This document shows positions 28,468-39,012 of a stretch of DNA of 64,000 nucleotides, piece by piece. A program made the translations under genes and the position numbers. The stretch's first letter is position 1. Every line of letters starts with the position of its first letter. The stretch is taken from the NCBI GenBank assembly GCA_029858305.1, contig JAOUFI010000005.1:18508-82507 (forward strand). Direction: 5' to 3'. The notes below the pieces were generated by a model, which was given only the letters and a program-made list of their open reading frames with translations, had not been told where the DNA came from and ran no database searches. This stretch comes from Candidatus Thorarchaeota archaeon (GTDB lineage Archaea; Asgardarchaeota; Thorarchaeia; Thorarchaeales; Thorarchaeaceae).

Positions 28468-28887
28468 ATGGCAGAGAAAAAAGAACTATATCTCGGGTAT
28501 TCAACAGATAAGGCAATCACTCCGTTCTTCCAGAACTGGTTAGAGTTTCTAGATCAAGAGAAGTTGATGAAGAGCAAGTGCGGCAAATGTGGAGCTGAAT
28601 ACCTCCCTCCAAGACAGCATTGTCAGAAAGATATGAGCGAATGCACATTGGCCGAGGTATCAGAAAGGGAAGCCAAGCTTTATTCCTATGTGATTGTTGA
28701 CTTTGCTCCAGAAAGCCTCTCTTCAAAACAACCGTATGTTGTTGCGATTGGGGAATTTCCCTCGGGGCTTCGGTTAACGGCTCATATTACAAATCTAACT
28801 AGTATGCCTGAGGTAGGCATGAAGTTAAAACTGGGCTTTGATAAGTCTCCAGATGGCAAGATGGTTACATACAGGTGGTTGGTATAA
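28468..28887 (+). CDS. DUF35 Zn-ribbon/OB-fold thiolase partner
   Basis: KCGKCG..YLPPRQHC, PYVVAI; directly after thiolase. Confidence 0.9.
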   Translation: MAEKKELYLGYSTDKAITPFFQNWLEFLDQEKLMKSKCGKCGAEYLPPRQHCQKDMSECTLAEVSEREAKLYSYVIVDFAPESLSSKQPYVVAIGEFPSGLRLTAHITNLTSMPEVGMKLKLGFDKSPDGKMVTYRWLV

Positions 28888-28894
28888 CTGAATT

Positions 28895-28927
28895 TGGGGG
28901 TATCTACCCCCATTCACTTCTTTTTTG
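28895..28927 (+). terminator. terminator-like hairpin
   Basis: TGGGGGT-ATCT-ACCCCCA then T-run. Confidence 0.6.
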
Positions 28928-28958
28928 ATTGAACTTCAAGAACTCTAGTCAACCGTTT

Positions 28959-29297
28959 TTAATAATCAGAATATGTTTCAAGAATCCTTGCCCATCGTGT
29001 TTGGAGTAATACTGCTTTCAATGTTTCCAAATAAATGCTCGAAGCTTTTGCCGAATCACAACATTGCATATCTCTTACTGCTTGGTTAATCAAATCGGTA
29101 ATATCTCTAAATCGTCTTCTCCCCTCATTTCGCAGATAACCTGTAAACTTGACATAGTCCCTTTTCCTTTCACCAATTCCCTCGAGAAGCAGTGTTTCGT
29201 CTTGAACGGCTGCTTTTAATTCATATGAGCTCTCTAGGGACTTTCTCATAGCACTTAAACTCTCAATGTAAACATGGTTCGGATCTGTAGTCACCAC
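28959..29297 (-). CDS. hypothetical helical protein
   Basis: 112 aa ORF filling the gap between plus-strand genes. Confidence 0.65.
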   Translation of the reverse strand: MVTTDPNHVYIESLSAMRKSLESSYELKAAVQDETLLLEGIGERKRDYVKFTGYLRNEGRRRFRDITDLINQAVRDMQCCDSAKASSIYLETLKAVLLQTRWARILETYSDY

Positions 29298-29499
29298 GCA
29301 TTCAGTCCCCTGATTTTATGCGTGCGTATATGTTCATAACAAGTAATTAAACATTAAGCCTCTCTTGAATTATTAGCGCCATATTCCTGGCCTTTCTTCT
29401 TTCCATACGCATGGCTCCTAAATTGTTCTTCTTGCTCTTCCGAAGGATATTATAACAAGAGAACAAGCCAACAAATTCATTATTCAGGAGGAAATAGTA

Positions 29500-30285
29500 G
29501 TGTCTGAGCAAGAAGTACTCTATGAGGTAGTCGATGGTGTAGCAACCATCACCATAAACAGACCTGCGAAATATAACGCATTGAACTCCTCGGTAGTAAC
29601 CACTCTAAGGGAGTTCTTCAAGAAGGCTGAGGAAAACCAGACTGTGAGGGTGATTATCTTGACAGGAGCTGGTGAGAAAGCCTTCGCGGCTGGAGCTGAT
29701 ATTACAGAGTTTCAGAGCAAAAACTCAAAGACTGTCCGTCCACTTGCAGAGAATGGTCAGATGCTATGTAAATATATAGAATCAATGACTAAACCTGTCA
29801 TTGCTGCTGTGAATGGCATAGCTCTTGGCGGTGGCTGTGAGATTGCAATGGCCTGTGATATTCGCTATGCATCATCTAATGCGATACTTGGTCAACCAGA
29901 AATTAACCTTGGAATCATTCCCGGTTTCGGAGGTACCGTGAGACTTCCTCGACTCGTTAGACTTGGTATGGCTAAGGAGTTAGTATACAGCGGTGATCAT
30001 ATCAAAGCTGATGAAGCTTTTAGAATTGGTCTTGTTAACAGAGTGTTTCAGTCTGTAGAAGAATTAAAACATGGTGCATTGGATCTCGCCATGAAATTAG
30101 CTACTAAACCTGGGATAGCGTTAGGGCTCGCAAAACAATCCCTCAACAATGCTTGGGAGATGCCCCTTAAGACGAACTTGGAGTTTGAGGTGGATGTCTT
30201 CTGCAAGACTTTTGACACAGAGGATAAAGATGAAGGCGTTGATGCATTCTTAAACAAACGAAAAGCCAATTTTAAGCATAAATAG
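29500..30285 (+). CDS. enoyl-CoA hydratase/crotonase
   Basis: NRPAKYNAL, AFAAGADI, LGGGCEIAMACDIR, QPEINLGIIPG. Confidence 0.95.
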   Translation: MSEQEVLYEVVDGVATITINRPAKYNALNSSVVTTLREFFKKAEENQTVRVIILTGAGEKAFAAGADITEFQSKNSKTVRPLAENGQMLCKYIESMTKPVIAAVNGIALGGGCEIAMACDIRYASSNAILGQPEINLGIIPGFGGTVRLPRLVRLGMAKELVYSGDHIKADEAFRIGLVNRVFQSVEELKHGALDLAMKLATKPGIALGLAKQSLNNAWEMPLKTNLEFEVDVFCKTFDTEDKDEGVDAFLNKRKANFKHK

Positions 30286-30306
30286 GTTTACGGGATTCTT
30301 ATCCCG

Positions 30307-31242
30307 TTACCTCTTTTCTATCATCAAGTGCCCACTCTCTTCAACTACCTTACCGTTACTCTCTAGAATGTGAATATGTTTCTCAAGCATGAACATCTCA
30401 AAGACAAAATAGACGTCCTTCGGAATTCGTGGATATATGGTCGGCTTCTGGGATAGCTTTTCAATCGTATCATACCCCTTTGAGATATTATCCAGAATTC
30501 GTTTTTCCCTCTCATCAAAGACTCTTCTGAATTTTCTTAATCTCTCATCAATGTCATCAAGAACTGGATCTATCAGATGACTGCTTATTCCCATGCTGGG
30601 TCGCAGGTCAATGACTCGCTCCACGGATTTTTTAAAATCTTCAATGTCGCTCACCTTATTTCCATACCATGGCCCGAAATTCGTTAAATCGATGTCAGTT
30701 AGAAAAATTGTATCATACCCGTTGATGCCAAAGCAAGTATGGTCAATCGTATGCCCTGGCAGATGAATAGGAATTAGATCATTTTCACCACAACTAATTG
30801 GTTTTCCATCGGTGAAAGTGCTCGTGACATTGTAGTTTCCCATTACATGTCCAAATCTCTGAGATATATAGGATTGCCAAGTAGTATAATACTTGTGTCC
30901 CTCGATGCCATATAGCTCAATGAGACCTTGGAATGTTCGAACACCGATTTCAGCTAGAGAGTGGCAGATTAGTTCACAATTTGCAATCTTTTGAATGTCT
31001 GCAGCATATCCTTTATGATCAATATGGAAATGCGTTAATACAATCCTCTGGATATCCGAGATTTCATGATTGAGGTCTTTCAATGTACTTGAAATATTTT
31101 GCAAACTAGAACCAGCATCGACAAGTGTCAATATCTCATCATCTATGAGCAACGTGTTTGCTTCTGGAAACCTAGCTGCATTTTCTCCTCGAACGAGATG
31201 TACATTTGGGAGGATCTCGATGTGCTTTGAATAATCAGACAT
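30307..31242 (-). CDS. metallo-beta-lactamase fold hydrolase
   Basis: THFHIDH, PGHTIDH, SSH. Confidence 0.9.
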   Translation of the reverse strand: MSDYSKHIEILPNVHLVRGENAARFPEANTLLIDDEILTLVDAGSSLQNISSTLKDLNHEISDIQRIVLTHFHIDHKGYAADIQKIANCELICHSLAEIGVRTFQGLIELYGIEGHKYYTTWQSYISQRFGHVMGNYNVTSTFTDGKPISCGENDLIPIHLPGHTIDHTCFGINGYDTIFLTDIDLTNFGPWYGNKVSDIEDFKKSVERVIDLRPSMGISSHLIDPVLDDIDERLRKFRRVFDEREKRILDNISKGYDTIEKLSQKPTIYPRIPKDVYFVFEMFMLEKHIHILESNGKVVEESGHLMIEKR

Positions 31243-31334
31243 TGCAATCTGGATTGGTGTTATACCAAATAACTCTCTCTGTCGCACAATCTATATTGCC
31301 CAGTTTTTCTCATTATTCCTTGTGAAAATAAAAG

Positions 31335-32801
31335 GTGAGATTGATGAGTCAGCGTTTGTTTGCAGTGTTTGATATTGGTACAACGGGAACACGTTCAGTT
31401 ATAATCGATGAGGAGGGTCGGGAAATCAGCAAAGCATACGAGGAATATCCTAGTAAGCCAACTGATTTGAAGACACACGAGCAACTTGCTGATACTTTCT
31501 GGCGCACTTCTGCTAATACTATGCAACGAACCTTAGCGAGTTGTAAGCACGGAGCTGAGGCGATAGTAGGAGTTATTGTCACTACAACAAGGGGGAGCCT
31601 TACTCCACTTGATTCTGTTGGAAATGCACTTGCGCCTACCATGACTTGGGTCGATAATCGCTCAAGTGCAAAAAGCAAGGAAATGGCTGACATTATCGGA
31701 CCTCGTTTGAGTGTCAATAAAATGATGTGGTTCATTGAGAATAGACCAGACTTTTTCAAGAAGGTGCATAAATGGGCGTTATTGGATGCTTTCATCAATA
31801 ACAGGTTGTGTGGCGTACTGGCAAGTTCTCCTGCTGATGCAAGATATGGACCAATTGATCATGAAACACTCCAATGGTCTGAGGAACTTTGCGAAACAAC
31901 TGGAATTCCCATTGATACAATGGTACCTATAGTAAACGCAGGCACGATGCTAGGTGAGATAACCTCTGATGCTTCAAAGGCTACAGGTCTCAGAAAAGGT
32001 ACTCCAGTCATCATGGGCAGTGGGGATCAGCAATGTTCTGCTTTAGGTATGGGTGTTATTGAATCCGGTCTGGTGAAAGCCACTACTGGTACAGGAACAT
32101 TCGTAATCACACATCTCGAAGAGTTCATGGAGGAAGCATTTGGCATGTACTGTAATCCCTCTGCAATACCGGACAAATGGATTTTAGAAGGTGTTATTCC
32201 TGGAACTGGACTCACATACAAGTGGTACCGAGATCAGTATTGTGAACCAGAAATGGCACTGGCTGCTAGAACCGAAAAAGATGCATACCAAATCATTGAA
32301 GCTTCAGCTGCATCAATCCCTGCAGGAAGTGATGGTCTTGTAGTGTTTCCATTTATGGCTTACAATCTTGGTATGTTTTATCATCTTGGTTTTCAACATA
32401 CTAAAGCTCATGTTGCGAGAGCAATTCTAGAAGCAAATGGTTATGGTATTAATTTTTACATCGAGATGATGGAGGGAATACTTGACGTAAAGTTTAGTGA
32501 GCTGCGAATAGATGGCGGCGGAGCCAACTCACCATTGTGGCGGCAAATTCAAGCAGATTGTACAGAAAAACCCGTTTTACTTCCACGGATTAGAGACTCC
32601 ACAGTGATTGGTGCTGCGATGCTTGGAACTGTCGGGACTGGTATCTATGATAGTTACAAAGAAGCAGTTGACAATATGTACCATGCTGAAGAAAGAAGAG
32701 AACCGATTCCTGAAAATGTAGCTATATACCGGAAACAATACAAAATCTTCAATCGACTATTGAATTCTGAATTGGGTAATATTTTGGAAGCAATCACCTA
32801 G
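31335..32801 (+). CDS. FGGY-family carbohydrate/glycerol kinase
   Basis: DIGTTG, W.DNR, GDQQC, TGTG, GGGANS. Confidence 0.92.
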   Translation: MRLMSQRLFAVFDIGTTGTRSVIIDEEGREISKAYEEYPSKPTDLKTHEQLADTFWRTSANTMQRTLASCKHGAEAIVGVIVTTTRGSLTPLDSVGNALAPTMTWVDNRSSAKSKEMADIIGPRLSVNKMMWFIENRPDFFKKVHKWALLDAFINNRLCGVLASSPADARYGPIDHETLQWSEELCETTGIPIDTMVPIVNAGTMLGEITSDASKATGLRKGTPVIMGSGDQQCSALGMGVIESGLVKATTGTGTFVITHLEEFMEEAFGMYCNPSAIPDKWILEGVIPGTGLTYKWYRDQYCEPEMALAARTEKDAYQIIEASAASIPAGSDGLVVFPFMAYNLGMFYHLGFQHTKAHVARAILEANGYGINFYIEMMEGILDVKFSELRIDGGGANSPLWRQIQADCTEKPVLLPRIRDSTVIGAAMLGTVGTGIYDSYKEAVDNMYHAEERREPIPENVAIYRKQYKIFNRLLNSELGNILEAIT

Positions 32802-32863
32802 AGTCGCAAGTATTCAAATGTAACATATAATCAAGTTTCAAAAAATGAAGACGACTTAGACGA

Positions 32864-33115
32864 TTATTCGTCCTCTTCATCTTGGTTGTCTTCCCAAATT
32901 CTCCCAAAGAATACCAGTGTTAGAACAAGTTCAGAGCCCTCTGCGTTTTGAGCCAGAAACTCAATAGACTCGCTTATGGTATCCTCATATTCCCATGCTC
33001 GGCGAGCTAGGTTAACGAGGTCATCGAACCGTTCATCAGAAATATCAAGTGCTTGAGTTAATTTTTCAACGTCATGACCTACCACTTTGAGAGTTCCAAG
33101 ATTATAGTCTGGCAT
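32864..33115 (-). CDS. small acidic hypothetical protein
   Basis: 83 aa ORF with GGTG RBS. Confidence 0.65.
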   Translation of the reverse strand: MPDYNLGTLKVVGHDVEKLTQALDISDERFDDLVNLARRAWEYEDTISESIEFLAQNAEGSELVLTLVFFGRIWEDNQDEEDE

Positions 33116-33299
33116 CTATTTGCACCGTGACAAAGGCATCATGTGATTCCTTTTAATCTATCTACGCTTGCGTCGTCTCAAATTTTGCATTAAGACTACA
33201 ATCGAAACCCTTCTATTGCACGTAGAATTCACATCCATAGCGACAAGAATTCTGTCTGCATTAAATCCACTCCCTAAAATGTGTGGGGGGCTCTGAGCT

Positions 33300-34964
33300 A
33301 TGACTGATTCCGAATTTGATGTTGTTGTGATTGGCGGCGGAAGTACGGGAACGGCTGTTGCCCGTGATTGTGCGATACGAGGCCTAAAGACTCTGCTACT
33401 TGAACGAGATGACATTGCCTCAGCCACTGTTGGTACCTGTGCTGGAATGATTTCTTCAGGTCTAAAGTATAGTGACGAGCCTGATATCATGGCTATGTGT
33501 TCTAAAGAAGTAATGCACTTCAATCATATTGCACGTCATATCATCATGAAGAATCCTATTCTAGCACCACTCTTGGATTTGAGTGATGCTGCAAGCGACA
33601 GCTCCTATGTGGACTCTTATTCGGCCCATGCTGAGGAGCGAGAAGTTCCCTCAATGTTGTTTTTAACACCTGAAGCTTCGCGCGAGATTGAACCAATGCT
33701 CAATCCCGATATCATCGCCAGTGTTTACTATGAGGAGTTCTTCATTGATCCGTTCCGATTATGTATGCTTCAGACTCTTGATGCAATCAAACACGGAGCA
33801 ACGGTCAGGACCTATTGTGAGGTGATTGGTTTTGATATCAGTAATAATAACGATATACAGGGAGTTGTGTTCTACAATAGAGTTACTGGCACTACTGAGA
33901 AGATCAATACAAAATTAGTCATCAATGCCACCGGACCATGGGCACATAAAGTGGCAAAACTCTCTGGTGAAAATCTTGACATCCGCTTGAATAAAGGAGC
34001 CCATGTTATCCTTGATAGAAGAGTAGTTAATGTTGGAATAACAGTGAAAGCCATTGATGGACGATGGATCTACCTCTTTCCCCATGAGAATACTACGCTA
34101 CTCGGGACAACTGCATTGGACACATGGGAGGATCCAGACTCTCTTGTTGCATCTTTTGATGAAATTGAGTATCTTCTTCAAAGCATACAAACCGTTCTTC
34201 CTTCTATTCGGGAGGCCCGAATTATTAGAACAATGGCTGGCATAAGACCTCTTGTACCCGAGTGGAAAAGACCTGAAGGAAAGGTCACTCGTGGCTATAG
34301 AATCATTGACCACAGTGAGAATGGAGGTGTGAAAGGATTGATCAGCTTTACCGGTGGTAAGTTGGTAATGTGCAGACACATGGCTGAGGCTGCTACAGAT
34401 CTTGTCTGTAAAAAGCTTGGAAACACTGCAGCATGCATGACCCACAAGCAAGCTTTACCTGGGAACGATGCAGATGTTGACGTATCTGCCCTTTCAAAGG
34501 AATATGGCATTGCACTTCATGCTTTAGAACGAATGCGTGCACGACGGGGAACTGAAATGCTGAAAGTCTTGGAGCTGACAAAAGAGTATCCTGAGTGGAA
34601 GACTACTATATGTACATGCGAACCTGTCATCGAAGCAGAAATTCGTTATGCAATCCGTGAAGAGTTTCCACAGACCTTGAACGATTTAAGACGTAGGCTT
34701 CGTCTAGGAACGGGACCATGTCAGGGAACTTTTTGTACATTTAAAGCAGCAGCAATTCTCTCCGATGAGCTCGATCTTGGTGGTGATGACTTTCTTGTTG
34801 ATATTCTAGATTTTCGTGCTGAGCGATGGAAAGGAATCCGACAGTCTATGCGAGGTGAACAACTCGCTCAGGAGGAACTGACACTGGGAATGTATACGTG
34901 TGTGGCGAATCTTGACCAGTCTGATGTTGATTATGACATAAAACCATGGGAGGAGGGTTCCTAA
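33300..34964 (+). CDS. glpA: anaerobic glycerol-3-phosphate dehydrogenase subunit A
   Basis: VIGGGSTG..ARDCAIRG, NATGPW, AGIRPL, GGKL, C-terminal CTCE...GPCQGTFC (BFD-like). Confidence 0.9.
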   Translation: MTDSEFDVVVIGGGSTGTAVARDCAIRGLKTLLLERDDIASATVGTCAGMISSGLKYSDEPDIMAMCSKEVMHFNHIARHIIMKNPILAPLLDLSDAASDSSYVDSYSAHAEEREVPSMLFLTPEASREIEPMLNPDIIASVYYEEFFIDPFRLCMLQTLDAIKHGATVRTYCEVIGFDISNNNDIQGVVFYNRVTGTTEKINTKLVINATGPWAHKVAKLSGENLDIRLNKGAHVILDRRVVNVGITVKAIDGRWIYLFPHENTTLLGTTALDTWEDPDSLVASFDEIEYLLQSIQTVLPSIREARIIRTMAGIRPLVPEWKRPEGKVTRGYRIIDHSENGGVKGLISFTGGKLVMCRHMAEAATDLVCKKLGNTAACMTHKQALPGNDADVDVSALSKEYGIALHALERMRARRGTEMLKVLELTKEYPEWKTTICTCEPVIEAEIRYAIREEFPQTLNDLRRRLRLGTGPCQGTFCTFKAAAILSDELDLGGDDFLVDILDFRAERWKGIRQSMRGEQLAQEELTLGMYTCVANLDQSDVDYDIKPWEEGS

Positions 34965-36344
34965 ATGATTCTGGAATCTGACCTTCTTGTGATTGGGGGA
35001 GGACTGGCAGGGCTCGTAGCTGGCACTATTGCCACCGAATCTGGAGCATCTACAATTCTTCTTAGAAAAGGACAGAGCGCAACGGCATTCTCTTCGGGAG
35101 CCATAGATATCATTGGATACCTTCCTGATGCGGCTGAATCTATCTCAGACCCCTTAGAGGGCTTGACTGCGATAGCAGGACTATACCCGCTTCATCCCTA
35201 TGGTGTTGTGGGTTATGGAGATGATGTAGCCCCTGAAGAGGTTGTAGATGCGATTATCGGAAGAGTACGTGATACTGTTGTTTGGCTCAAGAACCACCTT
35301 CAAGGAACTATCGCTTCTGTTATGGGTGATTTCAATACGAATATCTATCCAATAACTATTCTTGGAACGACAAAACCGACTTGCCTGGTACAGGAAACAA
35401 TGAATCCCGGTGATGTTAATAAGCATGAAGAGAGTGTTCTTCTTTTTGCAGGTATTACTGGCTATCCGGATTTTAATCCCTCTGCTGCTGCAAAGACATA
35501 TCTTGAGGATAGAATGGCCTTGGGTCAACCACCCCATAAAATCGGTCATTGTATGACTCAGCTTATGCCATTTAGAAAATGCTTCAACATATCATCAATC
35601 GAGATTGCTCGACATTTAGACCACGCAGGTTCAATAGAAACGCTTGCTAAACAACTAGAACCGCATGTGAAACAAATCGGGGCAACTCATGTTGCCATTC
35701 CACCGGTTCTAGGTTTCCGTCATGCTCTGAAGAACAAACGTGAGTTAGAGAAATCAATCGGTGCTGAGGTTTTTGAACTACTAGGATTCCCGCCCTCAAT
35801 ACCTGGCCTTCGACTTCAACGAGCACTTGAGGAAGTCTATACAAAAGCTGGTGGAAAAATGTTGGTTGGGCATGAAGCAACATCATATACCAAAACAGGG
35901 CAAAAAATCAAGACGGTGGTAGCAAGAAGTCCACGGCGTGAAATTTCCATAGACACTAAAGCAGTCGTCCTAGCAACTGGCAAGTATATTGGCGGTGGGA
36001 TTGCTGGGGATGAGAAGGGACTCCGCGAAACAGTTTTTGACATTATGACCGTAACAGCAGACTATCACTCTGCAAAAGATATTCTTCCCTCAAAAGCGAC
36101 CAATCGATTAGAAATCAGTCCTATGGGGCAGCAACTCCAATGGTGTGGATTGAGTATTGACCCTCAATTCAGACCAATTCGTGAAGACGGTCTTGAATGG
36201 GCTGATAATGTCTTTGCAGCTGGAGCGGTATTGGCTGGATACAATTATTCGGTTGAAAAGAGTGGCTTGGGTGTAGCTTTGACAAGCGGATATAGCGCAG
36301 CAAAAAGTGCGATTAAGTGCATTAAGGGAGGTGGCGAGAATTGA
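34965..36344 (+). CDS. glpB: anaerobic glycerol-3-phosphate dehydrogenase subunit B
   Basis: IGGGLAG, FSSGAID, PPSIPGLRL, VLATGKYIGGG, GVALTSG. Confidence 0.9.
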   Translation: MILESDLLVIGGGLAGLVAGTIATESGASTILLRKGQSATAFSSGAIDIIGYLPDAAESISDPLEGLTAIAGLYPLHPYGVVGYGDDVAPEEVVDAIIGRVRDTVVWLKNHLQGTIASVMGDFNTNIYPITILGTTKPTCLVQETMNPGDVNKHEESVLLFAGITGYPDFNPSAAAKTYLEDRMALGQPPHKIGHCMTQLMPFRKCFNISSIEIARHLDHAGSIETLAKQLEPHVKQIGATHVAIPPVLGFRHALKNKRELEKSIGAEVFELLGFPPSIPGLRLQRALEEVYTKAGGKMLVGHEATSYTKTGQKIKTVVARSPRREISIDTKAVVLATGKYIGGGIAGDEKGLRETVFDIMTVTADYHSAKDILPSKATNRLEISPMGQQLQWCGLSIDPQFRPIREDGLEWADNVFAAGAVLAGYNYSVEKSGLGVALTSGYSAAKSAIKCIKGGGEN

Positions 36345-37576
36345 ACGAGGATGAAGCCTATGAATACGTAAAAAACACATTGAAGAAAGAGTTGATCACA
36401 CCCTATCACGCTGATGAACTAGAGATTGTGAAATCAGTAAGTTGTTGCATTAATTGTGGACTATGCATTAACCACTGCCCAGTTGTTGCAGCAATTGGAC
36501 TCGATCGTTTCAACGGTCCTAGAAGTATTGCAGTGGAACTATCGCGTTCACCTCCCGAATATTGGTCCACTGCAGATAAGATCTACTTATGCACAGGATG
36601 TGGTACATGCAGGGAGGTATGTCCAAAGAATGTAGACATTCCTGAAATCGTGAATCTAATCCGCGCGAGAATTTTCGAGCACCGACCCGACCTCGTTCCC
36701 AAGGGATTCATGCTGGTTAAGGAAATAATCGCAGAACATAATCTCGCCTTCGAACCCTGGGTTGACAGGGAAGAGAAAGCGGAGAGTCGTGATATGCGGC
36801 TTGAACGTTTGGGTCTCCCTCATATTCCTGATGTTGTAAAGAAAAATGCAGAGGTGCTTTTCTATCCTGGCTGCCAAGCTGAAGAACGCACTCAAGAGGT
36901 GCGTGAGGCCGCAAAGGTGATTCTTGACTTGTTTGCTGTAGATTTTACAGTCTTGGATGAATTTTCTTGTTGCAGTCTTCCATCACATCTAATGGGTGAT
37001 GAAGATTCTGCAAGGAATCTTGCAAAGCAACTGAAGAAGAAGGTCAAGAAGCTTGGAGTGAAGAAAGTCGTAACAACATGTGCAGGGTGCACCTCCAATC
37101 TTGCTGATCTTGCTGAACGTGATAATTGGGGTACTCCTACTTATCATCTGCTTGAGTTTCTCGCCGAGGAAATTGGTTTTGATAGGATAAAACAAGCATT
37201 GAAAGAGCAAACTCCCTCGCAGTCTGTTCATGTTTCAGTACATGATCCTTGCCACCTTATTCGTCACACCTCACGACGGATAATGGATTATGCGATGGAT
37301 ATTCTTTCCCTCATGCCTGGAGTGAAGGTCACTGAATCTATAACTCATGATTCATGTTGTGGCGGAGGCGGGATGGTTTCCTATCATTCCAGAGATGTTG
37401 CTGATGCAGTCGTAAAGGAGAACCTCATTTCCTTGGAAGAAACTGGGGCAGAACGACTTGTTACGCCCTGTCCTCTCTGTACAGCACAGATAGAAAGCAA
37501 TCTTTTCAAGAGTGGTAGCTCAATAGAGGTTGACGATCTTACTGTGTTCCTTGCACAGAGATTCTCCAAGGAGTGA
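36341..37576 (+). CDS. GlpC/HdrD-like Fe-S protein (two 4Fe-4S plus two CCG domains)
   Basis: CINCGLCINHCP, CTGCGTCREVCP, HDPCH, CCGGGG. Confidence 0.88.
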   Translation: MNEDEAYEYVKNTLKKELITPYHADELEIVKSVSCCINCGLCINHCPVVAAIGLDRFNGPRSIAVELSRSPPEYWSTADKIYLCTGCGTCREVCPKNVDIPEIVNLIRARIFEHRPDLVPKGFMLVKEIIAEHNLAFEPWVDREEKAESRDMRLERLGLPHIPDVVKKNAEVLFYPGCQAEERTQEVREAAKVILDLFAVDFTVLDEFSCCSLPSHLMGDEDSARNLAKQLKKKVKKLGVKKVVTTCAGCTSNLADLAERDNWGTPTYHLLEFLAEEIGFDRIKQALKEQTPSQSVHVSVHDPCHLIRHTSRRIMDYAMDILSLMPGVKVTESITHDSCCGGGGMVSYHSRDVADAVVKENLISLEETGAERLVTPCPLCTAQIESNLFKSGSSIEVDDLTVFLAQRFSKE

Positions 37577-39012
37577 GCGTAGCTATGCTCGACTCGAAGA
37601 TAATGAAGAAGCTCTACAAGCGTATGGTTTCAATAGTTGGAACGGACTATGTTCACCAGCAAGAAACTGATAGAGTCCTCAATGCTCATGATGCCTGGCC
37701 TCTCAGCGAAGCCAAGTTGCGTTCAGGAGAAATGCTTCCTCTTGCTGATATGGTGGTTTTTCCATCATCAAGAGAGGAAGTATCTGCAATTCTGATAGCT
37801 GCCAATGAGATGGAGATTCCCATTACTCCAGTTGGTGGGGGAGCTGGAACTTGTGGAGGTACATTGCCCATTTACGGTGGTATTCAGCTTGATCTAAAGC
37901 GTATGTCCAAGATTTATGACATTGATGATCAGTCTATGACCATTAGAGCTCAAGCTGGAGTAGTAGGGATTGACCTTGAAGAAACTGCGAACAGACATGG
38001 CTATACATTGGGTCACACACCAACTTCGCTAAGAGCATCTAATCTCGGTGGATTCATCGCTACCCGTTCCGGAGGTTCCATGTCGTCGTTGTACGGAAAA
38101 ATAGAGGACCTAACACTAGGGCTTGAAGTTGTTTTGCCCAATGGTTCAATCATAGAATGTAAGTCGGTCCCAAGACATTCTGTCGGACCAGATCTTCGCC
38201 AGCTATTCATAGGATCCGAAGGTACACTAGGTGTCATCACTGAGGCAACGCTGCGGCTTTTCCTACTTCCTGAGGAGCGTCGTTTCAGAAGCTTTAGTTT
38301 TCCTGATGTGCACAGCGGTCTTGAAGCAATCCGAAATATCTTCAGGGTTGGTATCCATCCATCTATCGCAAGACTCTATGACCCTGAAGATGCCGCTATG
38401 AGCTTTTCAATGCATTTTGAGTTTGAAGAAGGCTACTGTATCCTACTCCTGGGATTCGATGGCGATTTAACTCATGTCGACCTTGATGACGGCAAATCTG
38501 CTGAGATCTGCATGACTCTTGGTGGTGTAGATTTAGGTGAAGGTCCATCCAAGAGATGGTGGGAGCACAGGTATGATATGTACTATCCCACTCGCCTAAC
38601 AACATCCGGTTATGCTATCGGTGACACTATTGATATTGTTGCAACATATGACAAGCTTGAGAATGTCTATCACTCCATGAAGAAGGCTATGGAAGCAACA
38701 GGTGCCATCGTCATGTCTCACTTCTCGCATATGTATCAAAACGGGGGTAGTATCTATATGATCTTCTTCACATCCCAACCTGATGCTGAAACTGCTTGGG
38801 CGATGTACAAGAAGATTTGGGATGAAGGTGTGGCAGCCTGTCTTAAAGAGGGTGGAACAATGAGCCATCAACATGGAGTGGGTCTGTCGAGAAGCACTTA
38901 TACCGAAGATGAGTTGGGTTCAGCTTTTCAAGTACTCAAGAAGGTAAAAGAAATCCTTGATCCAAAGGGAATAATGAATCCCGGAAAGCTTGGTTTGGGG
39001 GTACGTGAATGA
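37573..39012 (+). CDS. FAD-linked oxidoreductase (GlcD / alkyl-DHAP synthase family)
   Basis: GGFIATR, YGKIED, GPDL..LFIGSEGTLGVITE, SHQHGVG, DP.GIMNPGK. Confidence 0.88.
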   Translation: MSVAMLDSKIMKKLYKRMVSIVGTDYVHQQETDRVLNAHDAWPLSEAKLRSGEMLPLADMVVFPSSREEVSAILIAANEMEIPITPVGGGAGTCGGTLPIYGGIQLDLKRMSKIYDIDDQSMTIRAQAGVVGIDLEETANRHGYTLGHTPTSLRASNLGGFIATRSGGSMSSLYGKIEDLTLGLEVVLPNGSIIECKSVPRHSVGPDLRQLFIGSEGTLGVITEATLRLFLLPEERRFRSFSFPDVHSGLEAIRNIFRVGIHPSIARLYDPEDAAMSFSMHFEFEEGYCILLLGFDGDLTHVDLDDGKSAEICMTLGGVDLGEGPSKRWWEHRYDMYYPTRLTTSGYAIGDTIDIVATYDKLENVYHSMKKAMEATGAIVMSHFSHMYQNGGSIYMIFFTSQPDAETAWAMYKKIWDEGVAACLKEGGTMSHQHGVGLSRSTYTEDELGSAFQVLKKVKEILDPKGIMNPGKLGLGVRE